Part shown: positions 13,279 through 22,696 of the stretch, piece after piece
Layout of the letters: the number at the start of each line of letters is the position of its first letter
Position numbering within the stretch: position 1 is the stretch's first letter
Source: a virus
Lineage: Duplodnaviria > Caudoviricetes
Strand: one strand, 5' to 3'
IMG/VR virus record: IMGVR_UViG_3300049138_000100
Span: 1 to 29,929 of that record
DNA length: 29,929 bases
Notes under the pieces: model-generated
Database searches by the model: none
Seen by the model: only the letters and a program-made list of their open reading frames with translations
Told to the model about the DNA's origin: nothing
Made by a program: the position numbers and the translations under genes

Positions 13279-16220
13279 GACCGCCACCCCGCTCCCGAGC
13301 GCCGCTCGTACTCCTGGATGACGTCCACCACTGCGGCACCGGTGTCGGCCGGGTTGGCGTTGACGGGTACTTCGACGGTGATGTGGTAGACGTTGCCGCC
13401 GCGTGCCGCCGTCGGTGGTGTGGCTCCGGCGTAGGCGGGGGTGGCCATCATGCCGCCCACGCCGATGGTCGCCGACGTGGCCAAGCCCGCGATCGCGGAC
13501 TCGACCAGCCCGGACGCCTGCGTGATGCCGAGCGCCATGCCGGCGGGTAGTTCCCGCCCGAGCTTGGCGAATACCTTCGACGGGGAGGCGATGCCGAGGG
13601 CGTCCTTCACCCACTGCGGCATGATCCCCGAGAAGAAGTTGTAGATGCTGGTCCTCAGCCAGTCCCACATGCCGACCAGGCCGTTCCAGAACCCGATGAT
13701 CAGGTCGTGGCCGACGCCGCCCAGCAGCGAGCCCATGTTGCCGAGCGCGCCGACGATCATCCCCGGCAGGCCGCTGACCCAGCCGATCAGCTCCTGGAAC
13801 TTGCCGATCGCCCAGTCTTTCGCCTGCCCGACCCAACCGGAGATCATCTCGGGTAGTTTGCCGAACCACCGATCAATCCCGTTGATCAAATCAGGGATGA
13901 TCGAGTGGCCGACCAGCTTGTCGTACATCAGCTGGAAAGCCTTGTTGACCTCGGCGACCATCTTGACGACGACGGCCGACAACCTGATCAGCGGCGGCAG
14001 CAGCTGCTCCGCGATCACCGCAGCGAGTTGGATCATCTGCGGAATGTGCGGCGCCATCTTCGTCAGCAGGTCAAGGAACAGCGGGATCAGCGGGTATGCG
14101 GCCTGCTGCAGGGCGATCATGTTCCGCACGAGGTCAGGCATCAGCGGCAGGATGCGGACGACCGCGTCGATGAACTGCGGCATGAGCGCGGCTGCCAGCT
14201 GAGCCAGCGGCGGCAGGATAGCGACGATGGCGGGCAGGACGCTCAGGAACGCGTCGAGCAGCTGCGGGAAGTATGGCTGCAGCTCTGTCAGTGCGGTGAG
14301 CAGCGCCTGGCCGAGGATCTGTGCCGTCTGCGAGATGGGCGGCAGCAGTTGCAGCACTACGCCGATCAGCACGCCGAGGACCTCGACGAAGTTCTTGCCG
14401 ATGATCCCGACGATGCCGGCGATGATCGGGATCAGCGGTGTCAGGGCGGGCACCAGGCCCGAGATCAGTTGCGTGACCAACGCGGCGATCTGTGGCAGCA
14501 GTGGGGCCAGCGCGGGCACCAGGGCGTTGATAATGCTCGCGGCCAGGCCCACGAACAGCGGCACGATCGGGGCCAGCGCGAGCAGTGCGCGCCCAAGGTT
14601 GTCGACCAGCATGGCCAGCGACGGCAGGATCGCCTGAACGCCGGCCGCGAGCGACGTGGCGATCAGGGCGGCCAACTGGCCGATCACCGGCAGGAGAGGG
14701 GCCAGTGCGGCGAAGATGCCGCCGAGCGCCGCGCCGATCGGCTGTAGGGCGGGCGTGAGCTCGGCGAGCCCCTGGGCGAACATGGTAAAGAACAGCTCGA
14801 CGCCGGGCAGCAGCGCCGCAATCGCTGGGCCGATCGCGGCCAGCAGTGGTTGCAGGGTGGCGAAGATGTTGGCGATCGCGCCGCCCAGCGGTTGCAGGGC
14901 GGGCAGGACGGCTTGAACCGCCGAGCCGAGACCTTGGATGATCGCGGTGATGCCGGGCACTATGGCGGCCAGCGCGGGCGCGAGAGCGTTGACTGCAGCC
15001 GCCAGAATCGGGCCGATCAGGGCGGCCAGTTGGGCGATCCCTGGGGCCAGCGTGGCGACGCCTTGCGCCACGGCGAGGATGACCGGAATCAGCGCCTTGC
15101 CGACGTCAGACAGCGCCCGGAAGATCGTAAGGAGCGTCTGTTGACCTTCGGCGCTGTCCACGAAGGCGTGCATGCGGTCGAGCAACTGACCGAAAATGCC
15201 CAGCGCGCCCTGGCCGTCAGCCTGGATCGCCCGGAAGATCCCGGCGATAATGCCGAAGACGTCACCCAGGATCGCACCGAGCTGCTTAAAGACCAGGGCT
15301 GCGCCGTCGAGCCACTCCAACGCCTGGCCGCTCGCCGCCGCGTGGTGCATGAAGTTGCCGAGCCGCTCAACCGCGGCGGCGATGCCGGGCGCCAGGTTGG
15401 CCAGCCATCCGGCCCCCACCACACCGAGATCCCGAAAGCCGTCGAGCAGGGGCCGCAGAGCGGGCACGAACGCCGCCACCGAGTCCCGCAGCGACATGAA
15501 CACCGACTGGATCGCCCAGACGGTTTCGCCCGCGCGGACAAACTCCAGTAGCTCCAGGGCGCCCCGGCCGAACTCACCGGCCACACCGACCATGCCGCCG
15601 GTGACTGCGTCGATCGCGGGTAGGAGGCTCCACATCTGGCCGACCAGCGGGGCGAAGAACGCATCTTGAACGAGGCTCTTGATGCCGTTGATTGCGGGCG
15701 CCATCTGGAAGAGCTCGTAGGCCACTTCTCCGGCGCTCGCGGCCAGGTCCTTGGTCCCCGCCATGAACGTCTCGTAATCGCCGCTCAGCGCCGCGCTGAA
15801 CGCTTCACCGACGCCCCCGAGGGCGAGCTTGAGTGTGCCGAGCGCGGCCGCGCCGAGCAGGATGCCGCCGGGCAGCGCTGCGAGGATGCCGGCAGCGGGG
15901 GCGAGAGCGGCGGCCAGGCTGAGCGCGGATGATCCCGCCAGTGACAGCGCGGACGCCAGCGTGGCCAGCTGTGCGGCCCCGGTGACGAGTGAGACGCCCG
16001 CCGAGGTCAGGCGGCCGGTGAACGACGCGATCCCGGAGGTGATCCTTGAGGCGGCCGCACCGACCGAATCGAACCGGTCGGACAGGGACTTCAGGCTGCG
16101 CTCGGTCGCGTCCGCCTGCCGCGCCACCCGCTCCAGGCCGCGGGTCGTCTTGTTGACCGGCCCGTCGATGTCATCGGCGATGATCGCCAGCCTGATCAGC
16201 AGGTTCTTGATCGACGCCAT
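13275..16220 (-). CDS. Tape measure protein, 981 aa
   Basis: Longest gene; Ala/Leu-rich amphipathic repeats; C-terminal LGIASPSKVF; follows the tail chaperones. Confidence 0.93.
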   Translation of the reverse strand: MASIKNLLIRLAIIADDIDGPVNKTTRGLERVARQADATERSLKSLSDRFDSVGAAASRITSGIASFTGRLTSAGVSLVTGAAQLATLASALSLAGSSALSLAAALAPAAGILAALPGGILLGAAALGTLKLALGGVGEAFSAALSGDYETFMAGTKDLAASAGEVAYELFQMAPAINGIKSLVQDAFFAPLVGQMWSLLPAIDAVTGGMVGVAGEFGRGALELLEFVRAGETVWAIQSVFMSLRDSVAAFVPALRPLLDGFRDLGVVGAGWLANLAPGIAAAVERLGNFMHHAAASGQALEWLDGAALVFKQLGAILGDVFGIIAGIFRAIQADGQGALGIFGQLLDRMHAFVDSAEGQQTLLTIFRALSDVGKALIPVILAVAQGVATLAPGIAQLAALIGPILAAAVNALAPALAAIVPGITAIIQGLGSAVQAVLPALQPLGGAIANIFATLQPLLAAIGPAIAALLPGVELFFTMFAQGLAELTPALQPIGAALGGIFAALAPLLPVIGQLAALIATSLAAGVQAILPSLAMLVDNLGRALLALAPIVPLFVGLAASIINALVPALAPLLPQIAALVTQLISGLVPALTPLIPIIAGIVGIIGKNFVEVLGVLIGVVLQLLPPISQTAQILGQALLTALTELQPYFPQLLDAFLSVLPAIVAILPPLAQLAAALMPQFIDAVVRILPLMPDLVRNMIALQQAAYPLIPLFLDLLTKMAPHIPQMIQLAAVIAEQLLPPLIRLSAVVVKMVAEVNKAFQLMYDKLVGHSIIPDLINGIDRWFGKLPEMISGWVGQAKDWAIGKFQELIGWVSGLPGMIVGALGNMGSLLGGVGHDLIIGFWNGLVGMWDWLRTSIYNFFSGIMPQWVKDALGIASPSKVFAKLGRELPAGMALGITQASGLVESAIAGLATSATIGVGGMMATPAYAGATPPTAARGGNVYHITVEVPVNANPADTGAAVVDVIQEYERRSGAGWRS

Positions 16221-16500
16221 CGGTTTCCTCCTCCGGTTTCGCGGTCCAGTCGGGGAGGAATTCCTTGAGCTTCCTGGGCTGCTGGCCCTTGGGAGTGCCG
16301 CCGAGTGCGTTCGTGACGCGCTCGGCGATCATCGCGGTGAGGATGTCGTCGCGCGGCTGACCGATCGGGCCGGTCAGCCGCTCATACGTCAGCCACTCCG
16401 TCAGCTCCCGTGAGCTGACGCGGGCAAGTAGCTCGGCGACGGTGCAGCCGAGATGGGCGGCGAGCCGGAAGTAGAAGAGCCGCTCGGGCCGTCGTCGAAA
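16171..16500 (-). CDS. Tail assembly chaperone, -1 frameshift extension (gpT-like)
   Basis: -1 frame after G GAT TTC (16503-16497) reads RPERLFYFRLAAHLGCTVAELLARVSSRELTEW...KLKEFLPDW; no independent start. Confidence 0.8.
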   Translation of the reverse strand, partial: FRRRPERLFYFRLAAHLGCTVAELLARVSSRELTEWLTYERLTGPIGQPRDDILTAMIAERVTNALGGTPKGQQPRKLKEFLPDWTAKPEEETDGVDQEPADQAGDHRR

Positions 16501-16874
16501 TCCTCGACCAGCTCCTCAACGTCATCGTCGGAAAGACCGGACAGCCGCTGCGCCACCTTGAACAGCCGATCCAGCGCGGCCGCCGACTTCTGCGACAGGT
16601 GCAGCACGTCGCCCGCACTGAACATCGGGCCGCCGTCCTCATTGATCGCGCACGCGGCGACCAGGCGCGCTCGCAGGTTCCGGATCTCAACCTCGCGCTG
16701 ACCGCCTTTACCGCGCTTGAGGCTGCCAGCCTCGAACTTGTCGCGCTCGCTGCCCATCAGGCCACGGAGTCGGACGTGCCCGACCTCGCCCGGCGGCGAC
16801 CACTCCGGGACGGGAACGTCCTCGACGCGGATGTCGTCGGCCTGCCAGATCTGGTCCTTGCTCAGAAGCGCCAT
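16401..16874 (-). CDS. Tail assembly chaperone (gpG-like), 157 aa
   Basis: MALLSKDQI...VPVPEW...RLSGLSDDDVEEL; between the major tail gene and TMP. Confidence 0.85.
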   Translation of the reverse strand: MALLSKDQIWQADDIRVEDVPVPEWSPPGEVGHVRLRGLMGSERDKFEAGSLKRGKGGQREVEIRNLRARLVAACAINEDGGPMFSAGDVLHLSQKSAAALDRLFKVAQRLSGLSDDDVEELVEDFDDGPSGSSTSGSPPISAAPSPSYLPASAHGS

Positions 16875-16903
16875 CGGGGGATCTTTCTGGAGGTGGGATG
16901 GGA

Positions 16904-17392
16904 CTACGCCGGGATGGCGACGTCCTCGGCGGGCTCGCTGGTGATCGAGTAGGAGATGGTGACCTGGGCCGGGTCCTCTTCGGTGCCGCCGAACTCCTTG
17001 GAGATGGCGGACACAGTGCAGGGGAAGACGTCCATCTTTCGGCCGGGCACGTCGCCGCCGCCCATGCGGAGCATGAAACCGGTGGTGTCGCGCGGCATCA
17101 CCGAGCGGGCGTCTACGCCGGTCGGCGAGGCGTAGAAGGTCAGTGAACTGTCCTCGGCGGTGATCGCGCCGGGAATCTTCGGCTTGAACCGCGAGTTCGC
17201 GTCCGGGGCCTCGATCTGCTCGGAGCTGGTGGTCCAGCCTTCCTTGCCGGCCACCTCGCCCGTCAGGTCGGTGCCGGCGTTGATTTCTGAGCGGGTCGGC
17301 GCGGCCTTGTTGGCGATGCTGGGGCACCAGATCCACTTGTTGACCCCAACGGACCAGTACCGGGCGACCGAAGCGATCGGCGTCGCGGCCAT
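16904..17392 (-). CDS. Major tail (tube) protein, 162 aa
   Basis: APTRSEINAGTDLT..., IPGAITAEDSSLTFY, MDVFP; position before the chaperones. Confidence 0.85.
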   Translation of the reverse strand: MAATPIASVARYWSVGVNKWIWCPSIANKAAPTRSEINAGTDLTGEVAGKEGWTTSSEQIEAPDANSRFKPKIPGAITAEDSSLTFYASPTGVDARSVMPRDTTGFMLRMGGGDVPGRKMDVFPCTVSAISKEFGGTEEDPAQVTISYSITSEPAEDVAIPA

Positions 17393-17395
17393 CGG

Positions 17396-17695
17396 CTATT
17401 CCCCTTCCTTGGCGCGCCGACGCTTCGGCGACTCCTCCAACGCAGAAGCCCCGGCGGTTGCCGGGGCTTCTGAGGTCTGCTCTTGAGGTGGCGGCGGGCT
17501 GGAGCCGACGATCCTTTCGGCCTCCTCGGGCGGCAACCCGCCATCGATCAGCAGCTGCTTCGCCGTCTGTTCGAGGGTGGTCGGGTCGGCCGGCTGCCAG
17601 CCGCTCATCAGGTGCTGCGACACGGCCGAGGCGGGCACCTCGACAATGCGCTTTCCGTCGTCGATGTTCGGGTGGTACATGCGCACCATGTCCAC
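17396..17695 (-). CDS. Hypothetical phage protein, 99 aa
   Basis: AAGGAG RBS; MYHP...EVPASAV...SGW. Confidence 0.7.
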   Translation of the reverse strand: MDMVRMYHPNIDDGKRIVEVPASAVSQHLMSGWQPADPTTLEQTAKQLLIDGGLPPEEAERIVGSSPPPPQEQTSEAPATAGASALEESPKRRRAKEGE

Positions 17696-17704
17696 GAGAT
17701 CTCC

Positions 17705-18208
17705 TTAGCTCGCCGCGCCGATGACGACGACGTCGTACGTGACCGGCGTGCCGGCGGCGGAGTTGACAAAGTCGAGCAGGTCGCCCGTGCCCGCCGTCAC
17801 CACCACGCCGGCAGCGCTCGGGTCGAACCAGGCGAACAAGCCGCCCGGCTTGATCGGGATGTTCGTCGACACCGCCGAGAGCAGCGGCACGCCGTTGGTG
17901 GCGGGGCGACTGACCAGCACGTTGTTCGTGTTCGAGCTGCTCGCAGCGACGATCAGGCCCTTGATCCGGGCGAACGTGACCGTGCCGCCCAGGAGCCCCG
18001 ACAGGGAGCCCGCCAGGTCAAGGCTGTCCGTCGCGGACGCCGCCACGGTGCGGGTGTCGGCCCACACCAGGTCCGCCGCGCCGACGCCTGCGCCCGACGT
18101 CAGGTTGATCTGTCGCTTCACCGCGATCGGCGCTGACGGCGTCGTCAGGTCGGACGTTCCTGTGTAGTTGGCCACGAGCTCCAAATAGAGCTTGGTATCA
18201 AGGGCCAT
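17705..18208 (-). CDS. Beta-rich putative virion structural protein, 167 aa
   Basis: Thr/Ala/Gly-rich ORF within the neck-tail block. Confidence 0.7.
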   Translation of the reverse strand: MALDTKLYLELVANYTGTSDLTTPSAPIAVKRQINLTSGAGVGAADLVWADTRTVAASATDSLDLAGSLSGLLGGTVTFARIKGLIVAASSSNTNNVLVSRPATNGVPLLSAVSTNIPIKPGGLFAWFDPSAAGVVVTAGTGDLLDFVNSAAGTPVTYDVVVIGAAS

Positions 18209-18226
18209 GAGCCCCCCTTTCGATCA

Positions 18227-18652
18227 TCATCGGAAGCCCGCCTTACGTGCGGCCTCATCGACTGCGTCTCGGATTTCGTTGTCCACCCGCTCGAAGTGCG
18301 GGCGCGCTCCCGGTTCGAGGAAGGGCCGGGCGCGGTGGCTGTACCAGCGGCGGCGATTGCCGAACAGCGGTGCCCGGAAGGTGCCTGGTTTGCCGCCGTG
18401 CTCGTGCGGGCGGGCGTGTGGCGCCTTCTTCCGGTTGACCACGATGGACAGGCCCGGCCTGGACTTGGCCAGGCTGACCGACAGCCGGGTGGCGCGCGGG
18501 ATCCGAGTGGACCAGGCGGCCTTGGCTCGGACGGAGGCGAGCGCCGCCTGCCCCGTCTTGCGCAGCTTGGGCCGCAGCTCGTCCCTGATCTCCTTCGGCA
18601 GCTTGCCGAACTCGCCGATGAACGCCTTCAGTTCCGCTGTGCCGGATGCCAT
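18227..18652 (-). CDS. HK97 gp10-like tail completion/neck protein, 141 aa
   Basis: Basic protein with APHARPHEHG and ARPFLEPG motifs. Confidence 0.75.
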   Translation of the reverse strand: MASGTAELKAFIGEFGKLPKEIRDELRPKLRKTGQAALASVRAKAAWSTRIPRATRLSVSLAKSRPGLSIVVNRKKAPHARPHEHGGKPGTFRAPLFGNRRRWYSHRARPFLEPGARPHFERVDNEIRDAVDEAARKAGFR

Positions 18653-18656
18653 GGGT

Positions 18657-19100
18657 TCACCTCGTGAACGCGTCGACGGCGACGGAGAACCGCAACTCGA
18701 CGAAGGCGCCCTTGCTGTCCTGCTCCTGGGTCAGCTCCTGGGTGGCCATGCGGGTGCGCCCCACCGTCCCGCTCAAGGTCGGGTCGCTGGTGAGGGTCTG
18801 CCGGGCAGCGGCCACCAGGGCGTAGGCGATGTCCCGCACGGACTTGGCGTTGGTGCCGCCCTTGCGGACCCACACTACGCACGCGATCGTGTACTGCTCC
18901 CGGTCCGGGCCCAGGTCCGCTCCGCCGCGGGCGAGAGTCGTCTCCACGGCCGGCTCACCCGGCTCGCCGGTGAAGCCGACGCACAGCATGCGCGTCTCCT
19001 CGGTGAGCGGCATGCCGTCGATGACCTTCACGTCCGGCAGTACGGCCCGCCAGGCGGCCACCAGAGCGTCGATCGCGTCCGGCGCGGTCCAGATGGTCAT
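18657..19100 (-). CDS. Tail terminator-like protein, 147 aa
   Basis: VKVIDG, R.E.YTIAC, DPTLSG; ATGA overlap with the adaptor. Confidence 0.7.
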   Translation of the reverse strand: MTIWTAPDAIDALVAAWRAVLPDVKVIDGMPLTEETRMLCVGFTGEPGEPAVETTLARGGADLGPDREQYTIACVVWVRKGGTNAKSVRDIAYALVAAARQTLTSDPTLSGTVGRTRMATQELTQEQDSKGAFVELRFSVAVDAFTR

Positions 19101-19897
19101 GCGATCCCCGAAATCTGGTCTCCGAGCATCTCCTGCGCGCGGCGCGGGATGGAGAACCCGAAGCGGGGATCCCACACCTCATCGGTGCCGAAGCGGGGCA
19201 GGCTGCTGCCGCGCTGGGTCTCCCACATGTGCTGCAGGATGATCCGCGCCGCCAGGTCGATGTGCGGCGGCACCACCGCACGCCCGGAGACGTAGGTGAC
19301 GCGTACCGGGCCGCTCATGTAGGCGCCGTCCTTGCGCCGCACCACGCCGCCCAGCTCGTCGGCGTCCAGATCGGCCACCGCCTGATCCATGCCGCCCGTC
19401 TGCGTGGTCATGACCGAGGTCAGCTCGAAGACCGGGGCGTGATTCAAGGCGATGGCATAGCCGCCGGGATGCTTCTCCACCACCGTGCGGCGCACCAGCG
19501 CGCCAGCGATCCGCTCAATCGGGACGGTGATCGCACGCAGGTAGTCGGCGATCTCCTCATCCTCGCTGGTGTCGTCGGGGTCGATGTTGAGCTGCTTCTT
19601 CGCCGCGGCCAGGCTGATAATCCCGGCTTCGCCCCATTGCGGCGCGACCTCGAACGTCTGCTCGTTGGCGCCGACAGGTGCCGTGGTCACCCAGCGGGCG
19701 ACATGACGCCCGGCCTGCGTCGAGGTGTGGTCGTAGTGGTAGAGGCCCACGCCGTCATTGAGCGGGACGATCGGCCCTGTGTCGGTGCCGTCGGGCAGCA
19801 GGATCGTCAACGTGATCGAGGCAGGGTTGGCGAGGACTCCGCCGGACCGGACCTCGGTGACCAGCCGCATGGCGGCGCCGAACGCGATCGTCGTCAC
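19097..19897 (-). CDS. Head-to-tail adaptor (gp6/gp15-like) with extra N-terminal beta domain, 266 aa
   Basis: IISLAAAKKQLNI...DEEI..YL and VTYVSG..VPPHI.LA..IILQHMWETQRG, preceded by about 90 aa of Ig-like sequence (GVGLYHYD...AGRHVARW). Confidence 0.78.
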   Translation of the reverse strand: MTTIAFGAAMRLVTEVRSGGVLANPASITLTILLPDGTDTGPIVPLNDGVGLYHYDHTSTQAGRHVARWVTTAPVGANEQTFEVAPQWGEAGIISLAAAKKQLNIDPDDTSEDEEIADYLRAITVPIERIAGALVRRTVVEKHPGGYAIALNHAPVFELTSVMTTQTGGMDQAVADLDADELGGVVRRKDGAYMSGPVRVTYVSGRAVVPPHIDLAARIILQHMWETQRGSSLPRFGTDEVWDPRFGFSIPRRAQEMLGDQISGIA

Positions 19898-21924
19898 GTG
19901 TCCCCCTCCCCTGTCAGATCGGTCGTGGCCGCGTTGGTGGCGGTCAGGCGGGCGGTGGGCTCGGTGCGAGAGACGAGCGTGGCGGTCGGCGCCGCAGCGG
20001 TGGCCAGGACGACGGTGGGTGTCTGCCGGGTGATGAGCGTGGCCGGCGGGGGCGGCTGCACGATCGCCCACGTGGTGCTCAAGGCCAGAGGTGTGCGCCC
20101 GGTTGTGGTAGCCAGGTGGCGGCTGGTCGCCTGCCCGCGCAGGGCGAGGCTGGTGCGTACGGCGGCCGACGCAAGATGGCCGGACGTGCCCGAGGCTGCG
20201 AACGCGAGAGCAGCGGTGGCCGTCGGCGTGGCGACATGCTGGACCGCGCAGCTCTGGCTCACGGCCAGCTGCGCCTGGCCCTCGACGACCGCCGCCTTGA
20301 CTGCGACGCCGCGCGCGGCCACGGCCAGCGACGCGATGCCGGTGACAGCCCGGGCGATGGCCTCGGACCGGCGGGCGCTGAAGGCGGCCGCGGCGAGCCC
20401 CGTCACGGGCAGCGACTTGGCGGCCTCCGAGGTGGCCACGAGCGCCGCACTGCCGGTGCTCGTGGCCGGAACGGTCTTGGCGGCCACCGACCATGCCGCG
20501 GCGCCCAGTCCCGCAGTGGCGGAGACGGCGGCCACGGGAAAGAAGACGACACGCGTCCAGCCGAGCACGGGCGCGAGCGCGACCGCTGGTGCGCTCTTGA
20601 GCGCGGTGGCCACCGACGCCGCCGCGAACGGCGTGCGGCCGGCCGCCGGGAGGACCTTGGTGGCCACGGCGTGCCCGGCTGCAGCGAGGGGCACGTCCGC
20701 CGTGGCGGCACCCACCTTGACCGCGCTGCCGGTCGCCGTAGCGGCCAGCTCGGCGGTGACGATGGGCGTGGCGTTCTTGGCTGCGGTCGAGTTGGCGGCG
20801 GTGGCGAGGCATCCTCGCGCGGCGGTAGGCGTGGTCTTGCGTGCGGCCGCGGTGCCGGATGTCGCCGTGGCGGCGGTGGCAGTGCTCGTATGGGTGGCGG
20901 TGGTCGCGCCTGCCTCGGCGAGCGCGGCGAGCGCCCGCCCAGAAGCGACCGCGGTCTTGGCGGCCGCGGCGACGGCTGTGGTGGCGAGCAGGCTAGTGGC
21001 GGCTGCCGGGGAGGCCTTGAGCGCCTCGGACTGGCCTGTCGCCGCGAGGGCGGCCACGCTGGCGGCGGGGGCGGTTTTGCGTGCCGCGCTGGTGCCGGTC
21101 GCTGCGATGGGAGCCTGACCGACGGCCGGGCCCACCTTGCGGGCTGCGGCCCGGCCAGCGGCGGCGAGCGACGCCCGCGCGGTGACTGGTGCAACCTTGC
21201 TCGCCGTCGCGGTCGAACCGAGCGCGACAGTGGCCGCGCCTGTCGCCTCGACGACGGGCGCGCCCGATGAGATCCAGATGCGGCGGCGGGCAGGCCCCCA
21301 CGAGATCGGCGGCCCATCCTCGACGGTGGCGCCCGTCCCGCCGGACAAAGTCCTGGCGTTGCCGGAGTAGTCGGCCGTCTCCGGGCTGAGCAGGGGATAC
21401 CAGGCGCGCAGGCTCTCGGTCCGGTAGGGCGTGTAGGTGGAGGCCTCCTGCTGGAGTTCCGCCACACTGAGGGTCGCGCCCCACCACTTGAAACCGCAGA
21501 TGCTGCCGTTGAGCCATTCGCCGTTGTAGATGGACCGGCCCAGCTGCAGTGTCTGGTTCACGACCGCGCCCTGGCTGGCGATGGCGACCGTGGTGAATCC
21601 GGTCGTCGGGGTGCGGTAGACGGCGGTGCCGGTCGCTCCGTTCATCGCCACGCCGAAGAAGTACCAGCCGCCGACCGTCATGGTGGCGATCGGAACGGCG
21701 GTGAAGCTGGCAGAGGTGATGAACTCCATGTCGACGCCAGTGCCGGACGTCTGCAGGATCGCGAATACGTCGCCGCTGACACCGTCGCCCAAGCACCAAG
21801 CTGTGGAAAAGGCGTTGCGGTCCGTGACTATTTTGACCCAGCACGCCACCGAGTAGGCCGACTGGGAGCCGAGCGCGACCGTCCGGTTGTAGGTCTGCGC
21901 CTCGGCGGAGAAGCGGACTGCCAC
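19894..21924 (-). CDS. Fibre-like protein: N-terminal LamG/concanavalin-like domain plus about 20 tandem 20-aa Ala/Thr repeats, 676 aa
   Basis: SVACWVK, WYFFGV, LQLG, WLNGSI...W...LS..EL motifs; Lys/His recurring every 20 aa. Confidence 0.75.
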   Translation of the reverse strand: MAVRFSAEAQTYNRTVALGSQSAYSVACWVKIVTDRNAFSTAWCLGDGVSGDVFAILQTSGTGVDMEFITSASFTAVPIATMTVGGWYFFGVAMNGATGTAVYRTPTTGFTTVAIASQGAVVNQTLQLGRSIYNGEWLNGSICGFKWWGATLSVAELQQEASTYTPYRTESLRAWYPLLSPETADYSGNARTLSGGTGATVEDGPPISWGPARRRIWISSGAPVVEATGAATVALGSTATASKVAPVTARASLAAAGRAAARKVGPAVGQAPIAATGTSAARKTAPAASVAALAATGQSEALKASPAAATSLLATTAVAAAAKTAVASGRALAALAEAGATTATHTSTATAATATSGTAAARKTTPTAARGCLATAANSTAAKNATPIVTAELAATATGSAVKVGAATADVPLAAAGHAVATKVLPAAGRTPFAAASVATALKSAPAVALAPVLGWTRVVFFPVAAVSATAGLGAAAWSVAAKTVPATSTGSAALVATSEAAKSLPVTGLAAAAFSARRSEAIARAVTGIASLAVAARGVAVKAAVVEGQAQLAVSQSCAVQHVATPTATAALAFAASGTSGHLASAAVRTSLALRGQATSRHLATTTGRTPLALSTTWAIVQPPPPATLITRQTPTVVLATAAAPTATLVSRTEPTARLTATNAATTDLTGEGDT

Positions 21925-21932
21925 GCCGCCTC

Positions 21933-22433
21933 CTAGCTGTAGCTCAGGCGCACGCTGGTGACGATCGCGTCCCCGGTCAGGTCATCAGCCGCATCCGACA
22001 CCAGCCGAGTGACCCGCAGCCACACCTCATCCCCCGCCGCCAGCCCGTCCGGGTTCACGATCGTGACCGTGGTCTTCATCAGCTTCTGCGCGGCTGTCGA
22101 GCCCAGGTCCGTGCTCGCCTGCTGCGCCGTCGCGAAGGCCTTCGTCTCCACATTCCCGGTGTCCACACCCGGCGTGATCGCGGCTACAGCCACCTGCCAG
22201 GCGACGCCATGCGCGGCCGTCGTCGACGTGTCCGCGTACCACAGCACATCGCAGGTAAGGTCGCCGGAGGCGTATCCGGACGGGTTGAACTTCCAATAAG
22301 CGCTCTCGGCGGTGGTGGCGTCGAAAGCCAGGCCCGTCACCGGGAAGTTCGTCCCGTTGTTCTTCACGGGCTGCGGGAACGCCGTCGCGGCGAACGCCGC
22401 CTCCTCCGGGGCCAGATACAGCTCGGCGGCCAT
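21933..22433 (-). CDS. Putative virion beta-sandwich protein, 166 aa
   Basis: Coupled ORF in the post-capsid cluster; beta-rich. Confidence 0.7.
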   Translation of the reverse strand: MAAELYLAPEEAAFAATAFPQPVKNNGTNFPVTGLAFDATTAESAYWKFNPSGYASGDLTCDVLWYADTSTTAAHGVAWQVAVAAITPGVDTGNVETKAFATAQQASTDLGSTAAQKLMKTTVTIVNPDGLAAGDEVWLRVTRLVSDAADDLTGDAIVTSVRLSYS

Positions 22434-22696
22434 CAGCCGTCCTCCTCAGCCCACAAGCGGCCGATCCGCCGCCACAGCACGAAGCCGAACAGCATCGCCT
22501 TCTGGGCGAGCGTCGCCCCCGTACGGAACGCCGTCGGCAGTGCCGAGTTGAAGCTCGCCTGGTTGTCGTCGATCCAGTCGTCGATCGCCGCCACGGCCGC
22601 CAGTAGATCGGCCTTGTTGAACCCCGACGTGCTGGAGGTGTTTTCCCTCATCCACTGGGCGGCCACCCGCTGGCGGGCCGTGGCATCCAGAGCCAT
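22433..22696 (-). CDS. Hypothetical helical protein, 87 aa
   Basis: TGATG overlaps at both ends. Confidence 0.72.
   Translation of the reverse strand: MALDATARQRVAAQWMRENTSSTSGFNKADLLAAVAAIDDWIDDNQASFNSALPTAFRTGATLAQKAMLFGFVLWRRIGRLWAEEDG

Noticed and set aside
392-20812. N-terminal extensions in the ORF track (392, 1211, 2676, 9247, 13869, 17336, 20812 starts)
   Set aside because: Better internal starts exist with SD sequences or stop-start overlaps, and the extensions overlap other real genes
11506-21924. Diversity-generating retroelement or invertible tail-fibre locus
   Set aside because: No reverse transcriptase or invertase, and no adenine-variant template/variable repeat pair seen
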